Shown here: one piece after another, positions 62,182 through 64,000 of the stretch
How positions within the stretch are numbered: position 1 is the first letter of the stretch
Layout: every line of letters begins with the position of its first letter
DNA from: an uncultured Acidobacteriota bacterium
GTDB taxonomy: Bacteria > Acidobacteriota > Thermoanaerobaculia > UBA5066 > Gp7-AA6
NCBI GenBank assembly: GCA_963824165.1
Contig: CAWGOM010000002.1
Span: 744,286 to 808,285 of the forward strand
Direction: 5' to 3'
Length of the DNA: 64,000 nt
The notes under the pieces: generated by a model
Seen by the model: the letters and a program-made list of their open reading frames with translations, nothing else
Database searches by the model: none
What the model was told of the DNA's origin: nothing
Translations under genes and position numbers: made by a program

Positions 62182-63572
62182 AGCTGTCGGTCGTGATGCC
62201 CGCCTACAACGAGTCGAAGACGATCCGCGAGATCGTGCGGCGCGTGCAGGCCGTGCCGGTCGAGAAGGAGATCGTCATCGTCGACGACGGCTCGACGGAC
62301 GGAACGCGGGACATCCTGCGGGAGCTCGACGGGAAGGACGGCGTTCGCGTCGTCTTCCAGCCCTTCAACCAGGGCAAGGGGGCGGCCGTCTCCGCCGGGT
62401 TCCGGCACGCGACGGGGGACGTCGTGATCGTGCAGGACGCGGACCTCGAGTACGACCCGATGGAGTATCCGAAGCTGCTCGCCCCGATCGAGCAGGGGCA
62501 CGCCGACGTGGTGTACGGCTCGCGCTTCCTCGGGGGCGGGGCCCGGCGGGTCCTCTACTTCTGGCACACCGTCGGAAATCGCTTCCTCACGCTCGCCTCG
62601 AACATGTTCACCAACCTGAACCTGACGGACATGGAGACCTGCTACAAGATGTTCCGGCGCGAGGTCGTCTCGTCGATGACGATCGAGTCGCGCCGCTTCG
62701 GCATCGAGCCGGAGATCACGGCGAAGGTCGCCCGCCGCGGCTACCGGATCTACGAGGTCCCGATCTCCTACTACGGCCGCACCTACGAGGAAGGCAAGAA
62801 GATCGGCTGGAAGGACGCGGTCTCCGCGCTCTGGACGATCGCGAAGCACTCGATGCGCGAGACCGAGGACCCGAAGAACGTCGGCCACGTCACCCTCGCG
62901 CGCATGGGCAAGCTCGACGCGTACAACCGCTGGCTCGCAGACCGCTTCGAGCGCGCTCTCGGTTCCCGGGTGCTCGAGATCGGCGCCGGGTTCGGCAACA
63001 TGACGCGGTTCATGGTCGGGCGCGAGCTCGTCGTGGCCTCGGATCTGGACCCGGTCGCCCTCGAGTACCTGCGCGGGGCCTTCCGCGAAGACCCGCGCGT
63101 GCGCGTGGCCTCCTACCGGTTCCCGCTGGCGGAGGCCGAGAAGGCCGAGATCCGGTCGCTTCGCGTCGACACCGTCGTCTGCCTGAACGTGCTCGAGCAC
63201 ATCGCGGAGGACGTGGCGACGCTCGCGGATCTCCACTCCCTGATCGCGCCGGGCGGACGGCTGATCCTCATCGTGCCGGCCCTGCAGCGTCTCTTCGGCA
63301 CGCTCGACGAGCACCTTCACCACGTGCGCCGCTACGAGAAGGCGGAGCTCGAGGACAAGGTCCGCGCGGCCGGGTTCGTGCTCGAGGACGTGCGGTTCCT
63401 GAATCGGCCCGGCATCCTCGGCTGGTGGATCAACGGCAAGCTCCTGCGCCGCCGCGTTCTTCCCGCCAGCCAGCTCGCCGCCTTCAAGCTCCTGCTGCCG
63501 ATCCTGAGGCGCGAGGAGAAGAATCCGCCGAGCGTCGGGATGTCCCTGCTCGCGATCGCCCGAAAGCCCTAG
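62178..63572 (+). CDS. GT2 polyprenyl-phosphate glycosyltransferase fused to a class I SAM methyltransferase
   Basis: N-terminal VQDADLEYDP, DMETCYK; C-terminal VLEIGAGFG, NVLEHI.ED, PGG..I..VPA. Confidence 0.88.
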   Translation: MKLSVVMPAYNESKTIREIVRRVQAVPVEKEIVIVDDGSTDGTRDILRELDGKDGVRVVFQPFNQGKGAAVSAGFRHATGDVVIVQDADLEYDPMEYPKLLAPIEQGHADVVYGSRFLGGGARRVLYFWHTVGNRFLTLASNMFTNLNLTDMETCYKMFRREVVSSMTIESRRFGIEPEITAKVARRGYRIYEVPISYYGRTYEEGKKIGWKDAVSALWTIAKHSMRETEDPKNVGHVTLARMGKLDAYNRWLADRFERALGSRVLEIGAGFGNMTRFMVGRELVVASDLDPVALEYLRGAFREDPRVRVASYRFPLAEAEKAEIRSLRVDTVVCLNVLEHIAEDVATLADLHSLIAPGGRLILIVPALQRLFGTLDEHLHHVRRYEKAELEDKVRAAGFVLEDVRFLNRPGILGWWINGKLLRRRVLPASQLAAFKLLLPILRREEKNPPSVGMSLLAIARKP

Positions 63573-64000
63573 GGCCCGGGCCGCGTCCAGAGCAGGACGA
63601 GCGCGTTCGGGCTCCTCGACAGCTCGCGCACCGCGCCCCCTGGCAGCGCCGACAGCAGCTCCGGCGTGGCATACGCGGGAGGCAGGACGACGTAGAGTCG
63701 TCCGCCGGGCGCGAGCCCGCCAGCCGCGACGGCGAGCGCCTGCCGCTCGCCCTCGGCGGGAAGGCCCGGCACGAACCACCCCGGGTGCGCGGCGAGCTCC
63801 ACGGGCAGCGCATGGACGGTCACGGCCGCCGGCTGCCGGCCGGCTTCGCGGCGCATCGGCAGATAGAACCCGCCCGCCGCCGCGACCGCGTCCGCCGGCC
63901 TCGCGGTGCGGGAGACCGCCGCCGCGATGTCGGACGCCTCGGTCGAGGGGGATGGCCCGAGGGCGACCGCAGCGGTCGCCGCCGCCCCGAGCAGCACCGC
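63569..64000 (-). CDS. C-terminal part of a membrane protein (starts beyond the window)
   Basis: ORF 63569..>63997 with a TM helix followed by a soluble domain; convergent overlap with the GT2-MTase stop. Confidence 0.55.
   Translation of the reverse strand, partial: AVLLGAAATAAVALGPSPSTEASDIAAAVSRTARPADAVAAAGGFYLPMRREAGRQPAAVTVHALPVELAAHPGWFVPGLPAEGERQALAVAAGGLAPGGRLYVVLPPAYATPELLSALPGGAVRELSRSPNALVLLWTRPGP

Overview
High-GC (roughly 70%) bacterial chromosome segment with about 60 protein-coding genes. I found no rRNA, tRNA, CRISPR array or transposase. Gene content (Kgd-type fused 2-oxoglutarate dehydrogenase, secreted M1/M28/S9 peptidases, RRM protein, many GT-C proteins) is compatible with an Acidobacteriota-like organism; this is an inference. 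From 1 to ~32 kb many genes carry single-base indels, most likely long-read assembly errors, while ~32.6-64 kb is essentially clean. The left half is metabolic and housekeeping: HcrA/HcrB-like Mo/FAD enzyme, thiolase, enoyl-CoA hydratases, ALDH, sodC, an unusual two-component system, an ECF sigma/anti-sigma pair, kgd, queF, mgtE and moaDE. The right half holds a TetR operon, a CADD-type oxidase, an amino-acid permease, an AttEFGH-like ABC/lipocalin module and a >18 kb surface-glycosylation locus. That locus combines Wzm/Wzt, arnC/arnA(split)/arnD, three polyprenyl-phosphate GT2s, at least five GT-C-fold membrane proteins and an archaeal-AglB-like STT3 oligosaccharyltransferase whose WWDYG motif reads PWSMG; it is the best candidate for an undescribed system. 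Non-coding highlights: a 100-bp MITE-like element that supplies the arnA stop codon, REP-like palindromes, back-to-back identical ECF-type promoter motifs and pervasive leaderless gene starts.
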